A stretch of DNA of 64,000 nucleotides from Lingula anatina (lineage: Eukaryota; Animalia; Brachiopoda), in NCBI GenBank assembly GCA_051362555.1, contig CM120641.1:32742401-32806400 (forward strand), written 5' to 3'. A program made the position numbers and the translations under genes. This document shows, piece after piece, positions 1 through 13,991 of the stretch. The notes under the pieces are model-generated. The model saw only the letters and a list, made by a program, of their open reading frames with translations, had not been told where the DNA came from and did not search any database. The stretch's first letter is position 1. Every line of letters starts with the position of its first letter.

Positions 1-87
1 GGTTACGCTTAAATATAATCACTGATTTTTCTATGTCCTATCCACTGCTGCACTTAGAGAACTGTTACTGTGCACACTAAAAAAACT

Positions 88-88
88 A

Positions 89-171
<83 letters not shown>
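88..171. repeat. (CT)n(CA)n compound microsatellite
   Basis: Directly visible dinucleotide runs. Confidence 0.95.
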
Positions 172-174
<3 letters not shown>

Positions 175-855
175 CAAATGTGACCTGTTCCGAAAAAATT
201 AATCACTAAATTTTCGCACAATGTGTTTTATAGCAAAATATTAAATATTTACCTCAGACTCAAATCTCATTGAGGCAATTAGTGAGATATAAGCATGACC
301 TCATAAGAGTTTAAGTATTAACACAATTTTGTCATGAAATGAAAAAATTGTTTAATTATATTTAGAATAATAAGAGTTCTTCTTATTGTTTAGTACAAAT
401 ACTAGTAATATAAGACCTTTTACATTCATATCTCCACTTTTTTCACTTTCAAGTGCAGTTTCTAGAGATAAGAACTCCAACCAATCTTCATCTGAAATGA
501 CAACTTTTTAAACCTTGGCAGTCTGAAGGGCTGGCTATACTTCTTTTTGTCATATTTGAGACCCCTGTTAAGGTGTGTATAAAACATGTCTTAACACTAC
601 CATACCCTAGTCACTCGCACATGATTGAAACACCAGATTTTGCCTGTCTCATTAACTTGATATCCTTACACTCGGGAAAATCTCAACTAATTCCATATAA
701 AACCACCTACTCAGTATGCTGGGATTATATTCTGACTTGCTCAGCAAGTGATCGCCAATCATGATTAAGGTGCATCTAGCAAGTATGAGAGCTGCCAGCT
801 CATGGTATTTAATATACTTACCATCATCAATATGATAAAAATAATAATAATTTAC

Positions 856-1225
856 CTGTATCAGAGACATCTACTGCCTCATCAACAATATGAATCTCTT
901 GCACTGGAGTGGAAGCAGACGCGACACTGGCATCACCTTCCCCATCTTTTCCTTTAGCACCTCCCTCACTGGTAGCAACATCCTGATCCATGCTTGACAT
1001 CTCTTCTCTTTTTTCTACACCTTGGTCATCTATGTTTTCTAACCTGCTGTTTGAAGTTCTGCTGTCAGTTTCTCCATGGCCACCGTCAGTTTGTTTGGCA
1101 ACTCGAGACTGCAAAGGGCTGTGTTTGTCCAGATCATTGCTAGGTGTAATGGTGTCACTGTCAGATGGTATGGGGGACAACTCTCTGCTACTGCTGTTGT
1201 AACTGTTGTTAGGAAGACTGCTCAT
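856..1225 (-). CDS. First coding exon of an unidentified gene running off the left edge; acidic, Ser-rich low-complexity N-terminus (MSSLPNNSYNSSSRELSP...VDVSDT)
   Basis: Long open frame with minus-strand acceptor (tttcag ending 1293) and donor (ACAG|GTAAA at 856/855); a probable non-coding first exon ends at a GTAAGT donor near 2082. No recognisable domain. Confidence 0.55.
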
Positions 1226-3658
1226 CTCTCTCTTGTAGAGATGGTTTTTAAATGCTACCTCCAATTATGATCCATTCTTACACTGAAATATGAGAAGAAA
1301 AACATAAGCTTGAAAAATCTGACAAAACTGGATAATTTGGAGTTGGTGCTAGTTACAACATGTGTTGTCCACTGTATCCAACATATAAGAGCGTAATTAT
1401 ATCGAGGCGCAGCTGAGATATAATTTGCTCTTGTATGTTGCATACAGTGGACAAAGAGTACTGTAGTTGTAACTGACTTATACCACAGCTGGCACTTCGG
1501 ATAACAGAATGAACGCACCGAAGAGTACTAAAATACAGGCAAGCCTGTATGCAAAATACAAGTGCAATTATCCTATTGTTCGAATTGTCAGCTGTGGTAT
1601 AAATCAATATACATGTACTATATATACCTAGAATGGACAGAGACCTTTTTCTATATATCTCTCTTGTTGAGAATGAGAAGCATTTCTCTTCTTGTCATCA
1701 TACTCACTGATACGTCTTGAATTATTTACTAGTGTTTATTATGATCTGCCTAGTAAAGATGTGTGACAGTTACCTATATGGGTATATATATGTTCACAGC
1801 ATGGGTGATTACATAGAACCTGCCAATGATCCCACTCTGCTGCTGTGGTGGGGTGAGATAGTTACATTACGCCAGACAGTCAAATCGGATGTTTTCCCAC
1901 ACTGGCACAGGGGCTCATAGTTTAATTTTGAAAACTACTTTAGAAGCCCCTTATACTTCCATCCCAAAGTGACAATGCCAATTTAACTTAATTCAACTTG
2001 GTCCTTGACCCTAACAAAAACTAACGTTACAAATCTCAACGAAGTCTCAAATATGCTTTTTTGTGTTGCTCACAATACTTACGTCACCGTCCGCATAAAA
2101 CATTTCACACAACTTTAAAGTATAACACGTGAACAATATTTGAATAAATGTAAACTCGATACCGATGCTTGACAACCACCTGCTTCCATCTTGTGTTGGT
2201 TACGTAGTAAAACAAGACTAGAATAGCGTTTCCTTTTAATTTGGAGAGGAAAACTGTCAACAGTGAATTTCCACGTCAATGATTTAAAATTTTCTTTGCC
2301 AAAACTACGAGTTTATTTACAAAGTATAAATATTATAATATTATTTATTCCACAGCAATTCCTTGTTTTAATAGCAACACTTCAGAAGTACGATTGAAAT
2401 GTTTGTGCAGACGACCTGGCCTCGTCTCAGAGAGTGCGCAAGGACTACAGAACTCCCTAAACCACTCAGTTACACAACTATTTTACCAGATGGAAGTTAA
2501 TTATCAACATACGTTTTATCAAAAATTTTAATTAATTAAAAGTTTATTGTAATTTTAATTAGGCCCCTATAATAAAAGTCACGGTTTTAATAAGACCGCC
2601 CATCTTCTTAAAACAGAAATTAATTTAGGAAACAGACCCGTAGAAATAACATATCTGAATAAGTACCTGGGCATTCACCCTCTTTGGAAAATTATCTAAC
2701 AGATGAAAAACCTCAAGGCCAATACCGCGTAATTTGCATTTGAAATCATATAATGCACGGCGTGTTAGACGTTATAGGCCTACTGTATCTTTACATACAT
2801 AGCAAGATATAGGTATTTATTTATTTATTTATTTATTGATTTATTTATTGATTTATTTATTTAAATACTTATTGACAGATGAAGTAGAATGTACTTCTTT
2901 ACAATCTAGCTATATTTTTAGAAACAATCAACGGAAATAAACTGCGTTTTAAGAGGCCTCTAGCTCAGTTTGATGGAATGAAAGCTAGGTCAACTCGTCA
3001 ACAATTTTTGACCAAAATTCTTTCACAGATTCCCCTCTCTCTTTATAAATCACCTGTTTGCATCGTAAGTTGACTTTTTACAGCCACCCCCCCTACCCCA
3101 AATAAAAATAGGTGTAGGCGTAGAGGGCACTTGTGTATTTAGTAGGCCTATCGTTTACATTTTAATTGACACCAGAAAGCGTTTTTCAAGACCATAAATT
3201 TGTGAATGCCAGCCTGTTTTAGCAGGTTACTATACCAGACAACATGTAGGCTACTTCTGATAAAACCACTAATTTGAACCTCGTCTTCTTATACATATAT
3301 GGTGAGAAACGCGTTCCCGTTAATTACGTGAAATCCCACAGGGTGCGATTAAGCACGTACAGGTGTAAAGACGTCGTACCTCGATGAGAAAAAGTTTCAC
3401 AAAACGCGCTTTGCGCGCATGTGCAGTCGTTTGGCACGATACAGCGGACCCTGTGGTCACTGTGTAGTGAGTGTGCGATAATCGCAGGAGCCAACAAGTG
3501 GTGTCGCTCAAAATAGCCTACTTGCGCAATGTCTGATATTCCAACTTCACTGTAAGACCACACAAACCAAAGTGCAAGTCACAAACAGGGACAAACCAGA
3601 TAGCTGAGCAAAGCTGTGTGTGCACGTTGCGAGACTTGCAAGACTTACATTTTAAACA

Positions 3659-6600
3659 ATGGGTAAATATGTTTCAGATATTAATCACGCTTTAGTCGGT
3701 GTAGTTAATTATAATCTGCACTAATTGAAGTTGTGGCTGTATAGTTAACTGGTGTAACGTGACAGAATCCCACTTGTTGCACAGGGTCGGAAAGCTTTGT
3801 GGTTAGAGTGCTCGCCTCTGGAGCAGGAGGATGTGGGTTTGACCCTGTCCGGGGACATACCATGCAGCCCAAATAAACGGTACCTGCTGTCTCCCCCGCT
3901 TGGCACTCGGCACTAAGCGGTTGAAGCAGCTAGCAGGCCTTGTCTGGTAGTGGAGAAATGGTGCGTTTGCTAGCTTTGAGCGTCTGTGTATCTTCCTCAG
4001 GGAAGCGAGAGCGATAACTATACCTATTGCGCAACTGAGCCAAAATGACCAGGCTTCCTTTGAATTGTGAATTAAATAAATGTAACATCAATTATTAACT
4101 GTGGTGGTTGCAATATCTCAATAAAGATTACTATTATTTATATTATTCTTATATTGTTGTTATTATTATTCATTTGTACAGGTAAGCCCCACCCCACCCC
4201 CTCTAGAATTTGACCCACTTAATGTCATACTAACCCTAACCATTATAACTAAATGGAGGACAGACTTTCTGTTACAGTAAACCTCAGTATTGTTATACTG
4301 GTACTATGGCATCAACTTTGGGATATGGTTTATATCTGTTTAAAGATAATATGAGAGCTGAGTCCATCACAGAGGTGAACATTTGCTGTACATAATATCA
4401 TTGGTCAAAGTTTTAACTTCTTGTCAAAACACACCATGGAAATATTTAACCCCCGACAGAATAAGCTTCCGCTATCAAAATTACGTCTACTTTTCTAAAT
4501 TAATATATAAGTTTGCAAGTTCTTATTTACAAAACATCACTGGCTATGTTCCAACCTAAATTTTATGTGATAGATACAATACGAGTTGCCGAGCTGTACG
4601 TGAAATATAACGAATGTATTGGCGAGCCGCAGGTGAGACAATACACGAATAATTTCACGTACAGCTTGGCGACGAGTGTTGTATCTGGCTTAAACCACGG
4701 CCTCTGATTGGCTACTACACTAGTAGTGCAACAGACCGTGGAACGCACTCGTACATGACGTGTTTGTATGTCGAATACAGCACGGCCGAGTCTTTTGTTC
4801 TACGCGCTAGCCGTGGTTTAAGTTTAAAAATTGCGGTATTGTCAGATTTTTAGCATAAACAGGGAAATTGCAGCAGCGCATGAATCTAGATGAGATGCAC
4901 TACTTTCCAACCCCGCTTAGGATCATCTGATATACCGGTTTATTCTGGATCTGTAGGTGCCGAGTCTGGTAGTTGGGTAGGCCTGAAACTATAGAATATT
5001 CCCAGAAATTTCAGCAGTTTTCCGTTTATCACCACTCAAATTACACTCTTCATGTATGTTTTGTGTTTGTTTAATGTCAGCAGAAACAAATATACCTAGA
5101 AATGTAGATGTAGCTGAAACCAAGTGGGCTTTAAGAGTGGATGTCATTGCGACAGAACCACATTTAAAAGCTACACTTAAATGGATTTTTTTAAAGAGAG
5201 ATTGCGACTTTTAAGATTCCTTGTGAAATGCATCTAAGTGAAGGTTCCTAGCATTCTTTATTTTGAGCAATGTCAAATATTAGTTATTTAGAAAATATTA
5301 GGTATTCAGAAAATGCCCCTATAAAATTTCTGTCAGTGAGTTATGTACCCGTTACAAGTAATAAAGCAAGCACATTTGAAATTCAGATAGATGGATATTA
5401 GTTTCCATGACTCTGAAAAATTATTCAGTCCACACTCAGAATGTTTAATACAGGACCATGTGTTTACATTGTTAGATTTGTATTTATTACCTCCTATGCA
5501 TGTTTTACTTCACATAAGCTGTTGTGATACATATAGGGATGTAAATTGATTTGTTAGTATCTAGGCAATATTCATATGTGTGAAAACCATGCCACAGACA
5601 CCCTTAAATAATGTTTTCCATTTTATATAGAGGTGTATAGATGTCCTTATGTTAAAACACAAAATTGTGAGCAAAACATCTTATTAAATTCTCTAACTTC
5701 ATGTATAAGCAAACAGCTGTTCCATTTCCATCAATTTAATGGATATAAGCAACCCAGTGTTGGATGTTACTGTGATGATGATCGTGGCTAGGCCAAACAA
5801 AACTGCCAATTTGGTTAACAAGCCCAACTGACTTTAATTTTACAGAAATATATTTTCTTTATAGAAAAAAGGCACAGTGAGTATTGCCTTGGTAAGTGGG
5901 GAAAATTTAACACAGTTCCGAGGAAAAACCTAGTTAATGCTGTTGTTTTTATGCCCAAACAATTTGCCCACATTGCTTGATTTGAAATCTCCTCTGCTTA
6001 GTGTAAAATACAGATATTATTCAGATTTTATTCAAATATCTATAGATATTATTCAGATATTATTCAAATTTTAAAAAAATACTGACAGAAATTTAATTAG
6101 TGCTATGCTCATTAAACATCAGTGTGTTTAAAAGACAAAAAAAGAATTTTGTTGCATGCCCACACAAAGCCCCCACTTGCTAACTAACTTATCAATTTTG
6201 TCTGCACCTCTTCAACCTTATATATCTTATCTAAAGACTTAACTAAATATACATTTGATGCTGATATTTACATAAACAAGTGGGGAGAAATTTTTCCAGC
6301 ACCCCCTTTTGTAGTGTTAAATGAAATGCATTAAAGAATTGTCAATTTTTTTTTCTTCTAGAGCTGTTGACAATAATTCTTCAAATGCATGTATATTATT
6401 GGCAGGAAATGGTCTGACTTCAGTGTCCTGATCAATGACATGCTCAGTATATGTACAGTATATAAAGGTTATTGCCCTCAGCATCACGCCTCCTGTGCTC
6501 TGGTTTCATCATTTTTAGATCTCTTTTTTTATCTAAATTAATATTTATCAAGCCTTGACCTTTGCTGTCACCTGATGCAAGGTTGTCACATTATTAGTAC

Positions 6601-9600
6601 CACCAGTTTTAGCATATGGGCAGCACTCCTGAACATTAGTTTTATTTCAATTGGCTATCCATAATTTCCGTTTTGCTATGGACTTTTTCCCATTGGATGG
6701 TTATAAATACACTTTGAAGTTGGAAGAGTGTGATGTATAGGGAATAATCCGGGTCTCGCTCACAGTGCGTGCCAATGCGTGCCAGAATATTCCGGGCTCA
6801 GCACTACTAGGGTTAGGTTAGAAAGCTTCGACCGGCTTCCACTGGTTTTAACTGGTTCCATGTCATGTTGGCAGATACAAGTCGCTTACCCCTTTCTTCC
6901 TAGACTACTAGGGCCTGTGTACCCATGTTGTGGATTTATGTCCCATATAATTACAACTTGATCCCACTAGACTTTTGGCTCTGTCTGTGCCTATGCCTAG
7001 GTGTTATGCTCATTGCAGTGCACCCTTACAATTTTTTAAAATATTAGATTCTGACCATCCCCCAAATTGTTTAAAGGAATAATGGGAAAAGTTACTATAG
7101 AAGTCTGACTCTAGTTACCAAAGTTTTTTTTTCTTTTTTTTTTTAAATAAATATGCAGCAAGTAAAAATAAAACCAAAATTGAAAAACTAAAAATCAAAA
7201 AGGATACAGCTGTGGTAATGCCAACAGTTCAAATAAATTACAACAAACTGAAGCCAGTAAGATTGTTATTGTAACTTATCAGGGCCACAGAATTAAGAAG
7301 ACAAATTTTCAACGGGCATAATCCTTTATTTCTCCTAAATGCCAGACACTGCAGTGAACTAAAAACAAAAAACAAATTACAACTCATTGCTTAGCATACA
7401 AATTAACTCGTACTTTAAACACCTTTTCTGCTACTATCTATAGATACTATTCAGAGCTATGAAATATTTTACCTTCCAAATTGAACTGAAATGCATTACC
7501 ACAAGATCATTTCAAGAATTCTTGTTTAAATTACTATGTTTGACCATGTACATCAATAAAACATGGTTAACAAATGTATTTAATAAATTATATACATAAC
7601 TAGAAAAGCACTCAGAGAGCACAGACCTCCGCCAAGGTAGCAAAGTCTCCATCCAATGCCGTTTCACCCCTAAATTTTCGATATTTTTGTTTATTGATTG
7701 ATTATTGATCCGGATAACCACAAAAAGCTAATCATCTGTTCCTTGGCCCACTTCTGACAGTTCCTGAAAATTTCATCAAAATCGGTCCGTAACTTTTTGA
7801 GTTATGTCGATAACAGACAGACAAACAAACAAACAAACGGGATGAAAACATAACCTCCTTGGCGGGGGTAAATATTTCACCCACCATTATATGCTTCTTT
7901 CCAATAAATTCTGCCACTATTATTGTGAGACTTACTGAAGACTGACCTAGACTGTCCCACTGCACACACTGAAGGGTGTGCACCCAAAAAAGTGTTCAAT
8001 TATGAAATAAGGTGCAGTGGATGTACATGGTCAGCACACCCACTGCAATACTGACCACTTTGTTCTTACAGTTAAAGGTGATAAAATCTGATGAGAAATA
8101 TGTGCATATTTAAAATCTATGTTACCTGAGACTGCCAAGCTTTAGAAATTATATTTCCCAAATTCAATATGCTGATCATTGTGTCAACGTATTATTATTC
8201 TTATCATTATATTTAATATCTGATATTTTAACATATTTATTATGAATTGTAATTGATTGAAAATTAAAGTTGAATATTAAAAAATTGATATTTTATGGTA
8301 CTGTTAATTTGGCAGCCCAAATTATAAGAAAGAAAAAAACATATCCAGCTTTACCTTTCACTTATTCATATTGCAGCCTGTCAAGAAGTAGGTCCAGGGT
8401 ATAAAAGCCCCCTTGATGCAATGAGGAATGCTCCGCGGGAAAAGATTGTCTATGTGCCTTGCATTCGTAGAAACACCGCAACAACTGGACCCGATTATTT
8501 GGCCACTGTGGATATTGATCCTCATTCAAAGAATTACTGCAAAGTAAGTGCTAACCCTAATTTGGATAGCTTTTCTGGGTTATGGTGCATGTACCACCCT
8601 ATTGTATGTTTAAATGTATATATATTCTCTTTAGTATAGTTATAGCTTTTACAGAAATTGGGTTTGAACCAGAAAAACAGAGCAAAATTATTATTATTAA
8701 TATCATTCTTATTATTGGTAATAACTGTAGTTAAATCTTTGTTTGAATTTTTAAAGGCACTTTACACAACTTTGGTACATTGTATTATTTATTGAACCTG
8801 CAGGTTATCCATCGCCTGGACATGCCCTACTTAGGAGATGAGCTTCATCACACTGGCTGGAATGCCTGTTCAAGCTGCTATGATGATCCCACGAAGAAAC
8901 GAAATCGCCTGGTTATGCCTTCTTTGATGAGCACTCGCATTTACATTGTTGACACTGACACTGATCCTGTTCAACCCAAAATTTACAAGGTATTCTTTCT
9001 TGTTTGCTTTTAAAAACTTAAAACCCTTTTAAGCCTGTAAAGTGCGCATGCTTTATTTGATTGCAGTTCAGTTTTATAAAATTTTGTTTGGTTTTGTCAG
9101 CATGAAGTTTCATTTCGCTGCAGTGTAGTATTTTTTTGCCTGCATTGAAGTTAGTTACATTTAAGTAACATCATTTGCTAAAGGTACCATCTAACAACCA
9201 GAGGCCCTTCTAGACGTTCTGGCAATTTCAAAAGTGGTTGAGGGACCTCTTTGTGATTGGGGATGATTTAGCAGAACACGCTCCTTGCCAGACACACCCT
9301 CTGTATTGCAGAGTAGGAATGTTTTCACAACCGTGTGTCAATTGTGAATTATGCTAGTTAATTATTAACAGATTTCCCACAACCTTCATCCAGCAGACAA
9401 ATGACATTGATTCACCGTTGAATCAACGTTAATTTTGGTGGATCAACGTTGAATCAACGTAGAATCTGGGCACCCATTATTCATGTAAGTCATTTGGACA
9501 GTTGATTTACTCTTTGGGATTGTTTTGCTATATTTACTTGTTAAGATGTGTTACTCAGATCTTGTTTCAACCCCATATTTGTCGGAAAGGGTTAAAATTC

Positions 9601-12600
9601 CTTTGGTTTGATAATTTACATTTTGGCAATAAAATAAAGAGCTTTAGAAGAATACTAAGTCTTTGTCATCACTGCCTTTGTTAGCAGTATGCCTCCGGGT
9701 ATACAGAAATGCCTGCATGGTCTCAACACGGCACAGAAGCCACCATTCTTATACTAATAGTTGTGTATATCCATTGGGGATTCTGTATTGCTCTCAAGAT
9801 AAGGTCCAGCTTTAGCTGAGTGATAACAACCAACCCAGCCTTCTCTGCTGCTGTGATTTTTGGTTTAGGGGCAGGGAAGCCACATGAGAGTTGACATACT
9901 TGATCATCTCAAATCCCACAAAAGTCCTTCAATCGCTTTTGGTTTTAGAAGTGTTAGAAAAGCTAGAAGAAAATGATGGTTTGTTTTAAACATATGATTT
10001 ATAGATTGTGGAACCCGAAGAGGTTTACCAAAAGACTGGTCTTGGAAATCCCCACACTGCCCATTGTTTGGCCAATGGTCAAGTTATGATAAGCTGTTTG
10101 GGAGATCCAAAAGGAAATGCCAAAGGTTTGTTACAAAAGCTGTCTTCTAAGTTAATAAACAGCATGGCTTTTCTGGCAGATGCATTGGACTGCAGTGCTA
10201 AAATTTCCAGTGGTGTTCAGTATAAATCATATTGTCTAATTTCTTTTCTTTCTAGTGTAAAGTGTATAGTTCAGATTGTGTTAGCTTTGAAGCCATTATT
10301 TCCTTTGTTGCATAACCATAGATGTTGTTGATAAGGCTATTTGATTTCGAGCAAATCAGATTTTGGAGAGATTTGGGTTGATTTACTAATATCAGAGAGA
10401 ACACATGTTGTTTTGTAGACCTCATTGAAGTGATATCATCCCAGTTGCAGGTTGGTATCACTTTTCTGAGGTCTGCAAAACAACATATTGACGTATGAGT
10501 CTATAATTGCATGTTTTAGTATATTATCTAATACTTAAATGTCAGTGTTCTTCAAAATAACATTGAAAGATGCTTTTATTTGACATTGTCATTCTCTGAT
10601 TAATAAATTGATTCATTTTCTTTCAGCTGGTGGTCAAAAAATTGTTGATGTCATTGTTCAATATTATGTTTGATGATGACATTGGCCAATTTGTTTTTAC
10701 CAGACGTCATATCCTTGGATATAAGATCAAAATCCATGCTGATTTTATAATATATGATAATAAAAGAATATAATGTTTCTTTTTCGTGTTCATTGAAAAT
10801 GTTTCAGGTGGCTTTGTCATCTTGGATGGATGTTGTGATTTTGCTGTACAGGGGAACTGGGAAAAGCCTGGAAACACCACTGAATTTGGCTACGACTTCT
10901 GGTATCAGCCAAAATTTAATGTTATGATCAGCAGCCAGTGGGGAACTCCTAAAGTACTGATGAATGGATTTAATCCAGAAGATTATGAGAAGGGTAAGGT
11001 TAGACATGTAAAAGGAACAGAAAAATGCTTCAAAACAGGTCTACCTCACTACCAGACAGCTGTAAAGCTGTTTCCACACAATGTTACCAAGGCACGAGCA
11101 AAAGAATAAAATGAGTCATTGTCTGAAGTGGTTTATATACATTACTGGGAATCCATGCTCTCTATATACAATAGAAATCTATTACAGTTATCAGAGGAAA
11201 ATGTTTTTAAGAGTTAACAGGATCTTATAACTGCTGATATTAAATCAAAAGTGTCACCAAGCAACAGACAGTAGATCGAGATTGGTGGGCTTTTCTTTTT
11301 TATGGGCCTGTGCCTCAAAGTTTCTGTCATTTTAACCATTTAGTATATCACCAAAATGAGACATAATGAAACAAAACCAGCATGTCACTAGCCCCTGATG
11401 TAATCACATGGTCAGAAATAAAATTAGGAAAAATATGTAAAAAAGATCTGAATTAACAAATGATTTACAATGTTGCCTCGTATATAAATACATATATATA
11501 TGCATTTCCCCACTTCTTGACAAGGTCATTATGGTCACAGTATTAATGTATGGGATTGGGATAATCACATTCTCAAGCAGACTATTGACCTGGGGAAGGT
11601 TGAAGGGGCCATACCCTTGGAAGTGCGCTTCATGCACAACCCAGACAGACCAGAGGGCTTCGTTGGATGTGCCTTAAGCACTAATGTGTTCCGTTTCTAC
11701 AGGACTGAGGTAATTTTCAGCTACCTGATTTTCTGTGTGTTTTTTTTTTTTTTTTTTTTTTTTTTTTCACATTTGATTGAAATTGGCTTTGCGATGTGAG
11801 AAAAAGTGTTAGTCATTTAGTGATACTAGTAATCTGTTTCTGGTAATTTAGATTTACACTTCTGTAAGCTACTTTTATGATCCAACTAATAGATGAGTGG
11901 TTGATAAACAACCGCTTCTCTTGTTCAGGTCAGAAGTGATCAAAATGCACATTAAATGACTGTAATCATGATCAATTTATTCATTTTTAGGCCCCAGAAA
12001 TGATGTTCTTCTTTAGCACAACCTTTTTTTCTTTCTTTATTATGTCCCCATTTTAGAGAGGAGATTGGGCTGCAGAAAAAGTAATTGATGTCCCATCTAA
12101 GAAGGTTCAGGGTTGGGCGCTGCCTGAGATGCCAGGTTTGATCACAGATATCCTCCTGTCCATGGATGACCGCTTCTTGTACTTCAGCAACTGGTTGCAT
12201 GGAGACATTCGTCAGTATGATGTCACGGACACCAGGAACCCAAAACTGGTCGGACAGGTACTTTTTACACACACACACACACGCACACACACACAGTTAC
12301 AAATCAAATGTCTTCATACATAGCAAGTGCCACACATCATTTGAAATCTAGATAACTTCTTTCTTTTCATCTGATAGGTGTGGCTGAATGGAAGTATCTG
12401 TAAGGATGGGCCAGTCAAAGTTTTAGAGGACAAAGAATTGAAGGTAGGTATAAAACTGAAGTTCGAAGTGTTCATGGAAACGTTATAGTAACGGCATGTT
12501 TCAAAGTATAAAAATTGATGGCACAACAAAATTTGTGAAAGCTTTTTCTGACACCTTTCAGCCTTTATATAAAGCCTTTGCATCCTGAAGTATGACATTG

Positions 12601-13991
12601 ATAACGTTATTTTATAGTCCTTGCAAAAAGCTTTTACAACTTTGGTGATGAGCATCAGTTTCAATACTTTGAAATGTGAACGGAAACTAACGTGATGCAT
12701 ATGTAAATGACATTTGTCATGTTCACAGAAACTGAAAGATTTGATTTCACGCAGATACAGTGTTTGGAGTAATGACAGAAAAAGCTTGCTGAAAATTGCC
12801 ATTTAGAGTATAATATGTACACATTGTGTCTGCACCTGTAACCTAGCTTTCCTGGTTTAGTTCTTATAGGCACTCACAATGCAGTGGGTCCACAAAAAAA
12901 CAGGGGTGCAAGAAAAATCTAACCCTGCTACAAGAAAGTAAAAGAAAGATACTCAATATTTGACCAAGTCCCCCCGCCCACCCCAAGCTATGCTGGTTTC
13001 TTTTTTCCTCTTTTTCTAAATTCTAACCTAAAAAAAATTCTATATTTTGTTGTGATTTCTGTGCACAGGAGCAGCCAGAGCCTCTCTACATGAATGGAAA
13101 GCGCGTGCATGGTGCACCCCAAATGATCCAACTCAGCCTGGATGGAAAACGACTGTATGTCACTACTTCACTGTACAGTGGATGGGATAAGCAGTTTTAT
13201 CCAGATATGGTTGAGTAAGTTTTATTTATATTTTAAGAATTTGAGAGTTTTCTTTGAGGAATTGATTTATGAATTGGATTTTTTTTTCTTAATTTTACTG
13301 AATTGTTTGTACTTGTGTGAAAGGGCTGATGTGACAGCACTACTGATAGTAGCATCACAACATCAAAATTAGTTTGAATAAGTCTATCATGGTCTCATTC
13401 ATGGATTTATATTACAGTTCACATATGATAATTATAAAACACAAGCAGAAATATTTTCATACCCTTAGTTTATGGACATAAGCCTTCATCAGAATGATGT
13501 GAATAGATGTTGTTACTCACTGACAGCAGGCCACCCATGAATAGGGATGAAGGTGTCGAACTACCTGACATTTATCAGAGGGTCCTGGCCGCTATAACAC
13601 CTAGCGGTCAGTAAGTACTCACATCAGTCTGATGAAGGCCTAGTCCAGGTTGTTTGTTAGCTAACGATACAAAAGTATTTCAGCTTATGTTTTATAATTG
13701 TCATATATGATCTAAGTACCAAGCTAATAAACATTTTTGCTCATTTATATGATGGTTATTAAGTGGATATATTTCACCACTTTTATAATGTTAGAATTTT
13801 CCTGCAGGCATGGTTCCAAGATGCTTCAAATTGATGTTGACACAGAAAAAGGTGGACTGACCCTCAACAGAGCATTCCTGGTGGATTTTGGGCAAGAACC
13901 TGGAGGCCCATCCCTGGCCCATGAAATCCGCTATCCTGGTGGCGATTGTACATCTGACATCTATTTGTCCACCACTATGGGCAAACTGTAA
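3659..13991 (+). CDS. SELENBP1: Selenium-binding protein 1 / methanethiol oxidase (SBP56 family), complete 10-exon gene
   Basis: Exons 3659-3662 (ATGG|GT, least certain), 8377-8543, 8804-8989, 10005-10125, 10808-10993, 11525-11709, 12057-12257, 12378-12443, 13069-13214, 13808-13991, all GT-AG and frame-consistent. Motifs [74 protein letters not shown]. Confidence 0.96.
3784..4080 (+). mobile_element. tRNA-derived SINE, probably MetaSINE-type
   Basis: tRNA-like head with degenerate A box (AGCTTTGTGGTTAG) and B box (GGTTTGACCC), followed by ATACC...AAACGGTACCTGCTGTCTCCCCCGCTTGGCACTCGGCACTAAG, resembling the Meta central domain as I recall it. Confidence 0.65.
4570..4822. mobile_element. Palindromic non-autonomous element (Crypton-like)
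   Basis: Hairpin TAGATACAA...GAGCCGCAGGTGAG...TTGTATCT plus a second inverted pair CTTAAACCACGGC...GCCGTGGTTTAAG. Confidence 0.5.
7598..7872 (+). mobile_element. Helentron-associated non-autonomous element (HINE), copy 1
   Basis: ACTAGAAAAGCACTCAGAGAGC...CTCCGCCAAGG start, (ACAA)n microsatellite, end AACCTCCTTGGCGGGGGTAA; second copy at 22092-22313. Confidence 0.75.
13419..13710. repeat. Imperfect inverted repeat in SELENBP1 intron 9, possibly a Penelope-like pseudo-LTR remnant
   Basis: Arms about 13419-13527 and 13604-13710 are reverse complements; each arm has CTGATGAAGGC. Confidence 0.6.

Noticed and set aside
3784-3856. tRNA gene
   Set aside because: Degenerate cloverleaf continuing into a SINE body; treated as a SINE head
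6740-7010. GC-richer stretch containing CTAACCTAACCCTAG on the minus strand, a possible telomerase RNA template
   Set aside because: No pseudoknot, CR4/5 or H/ACA features that I could identify; similar TAACCCTAA strings occur at about 4230 and 8551 and are common in transposon remnants
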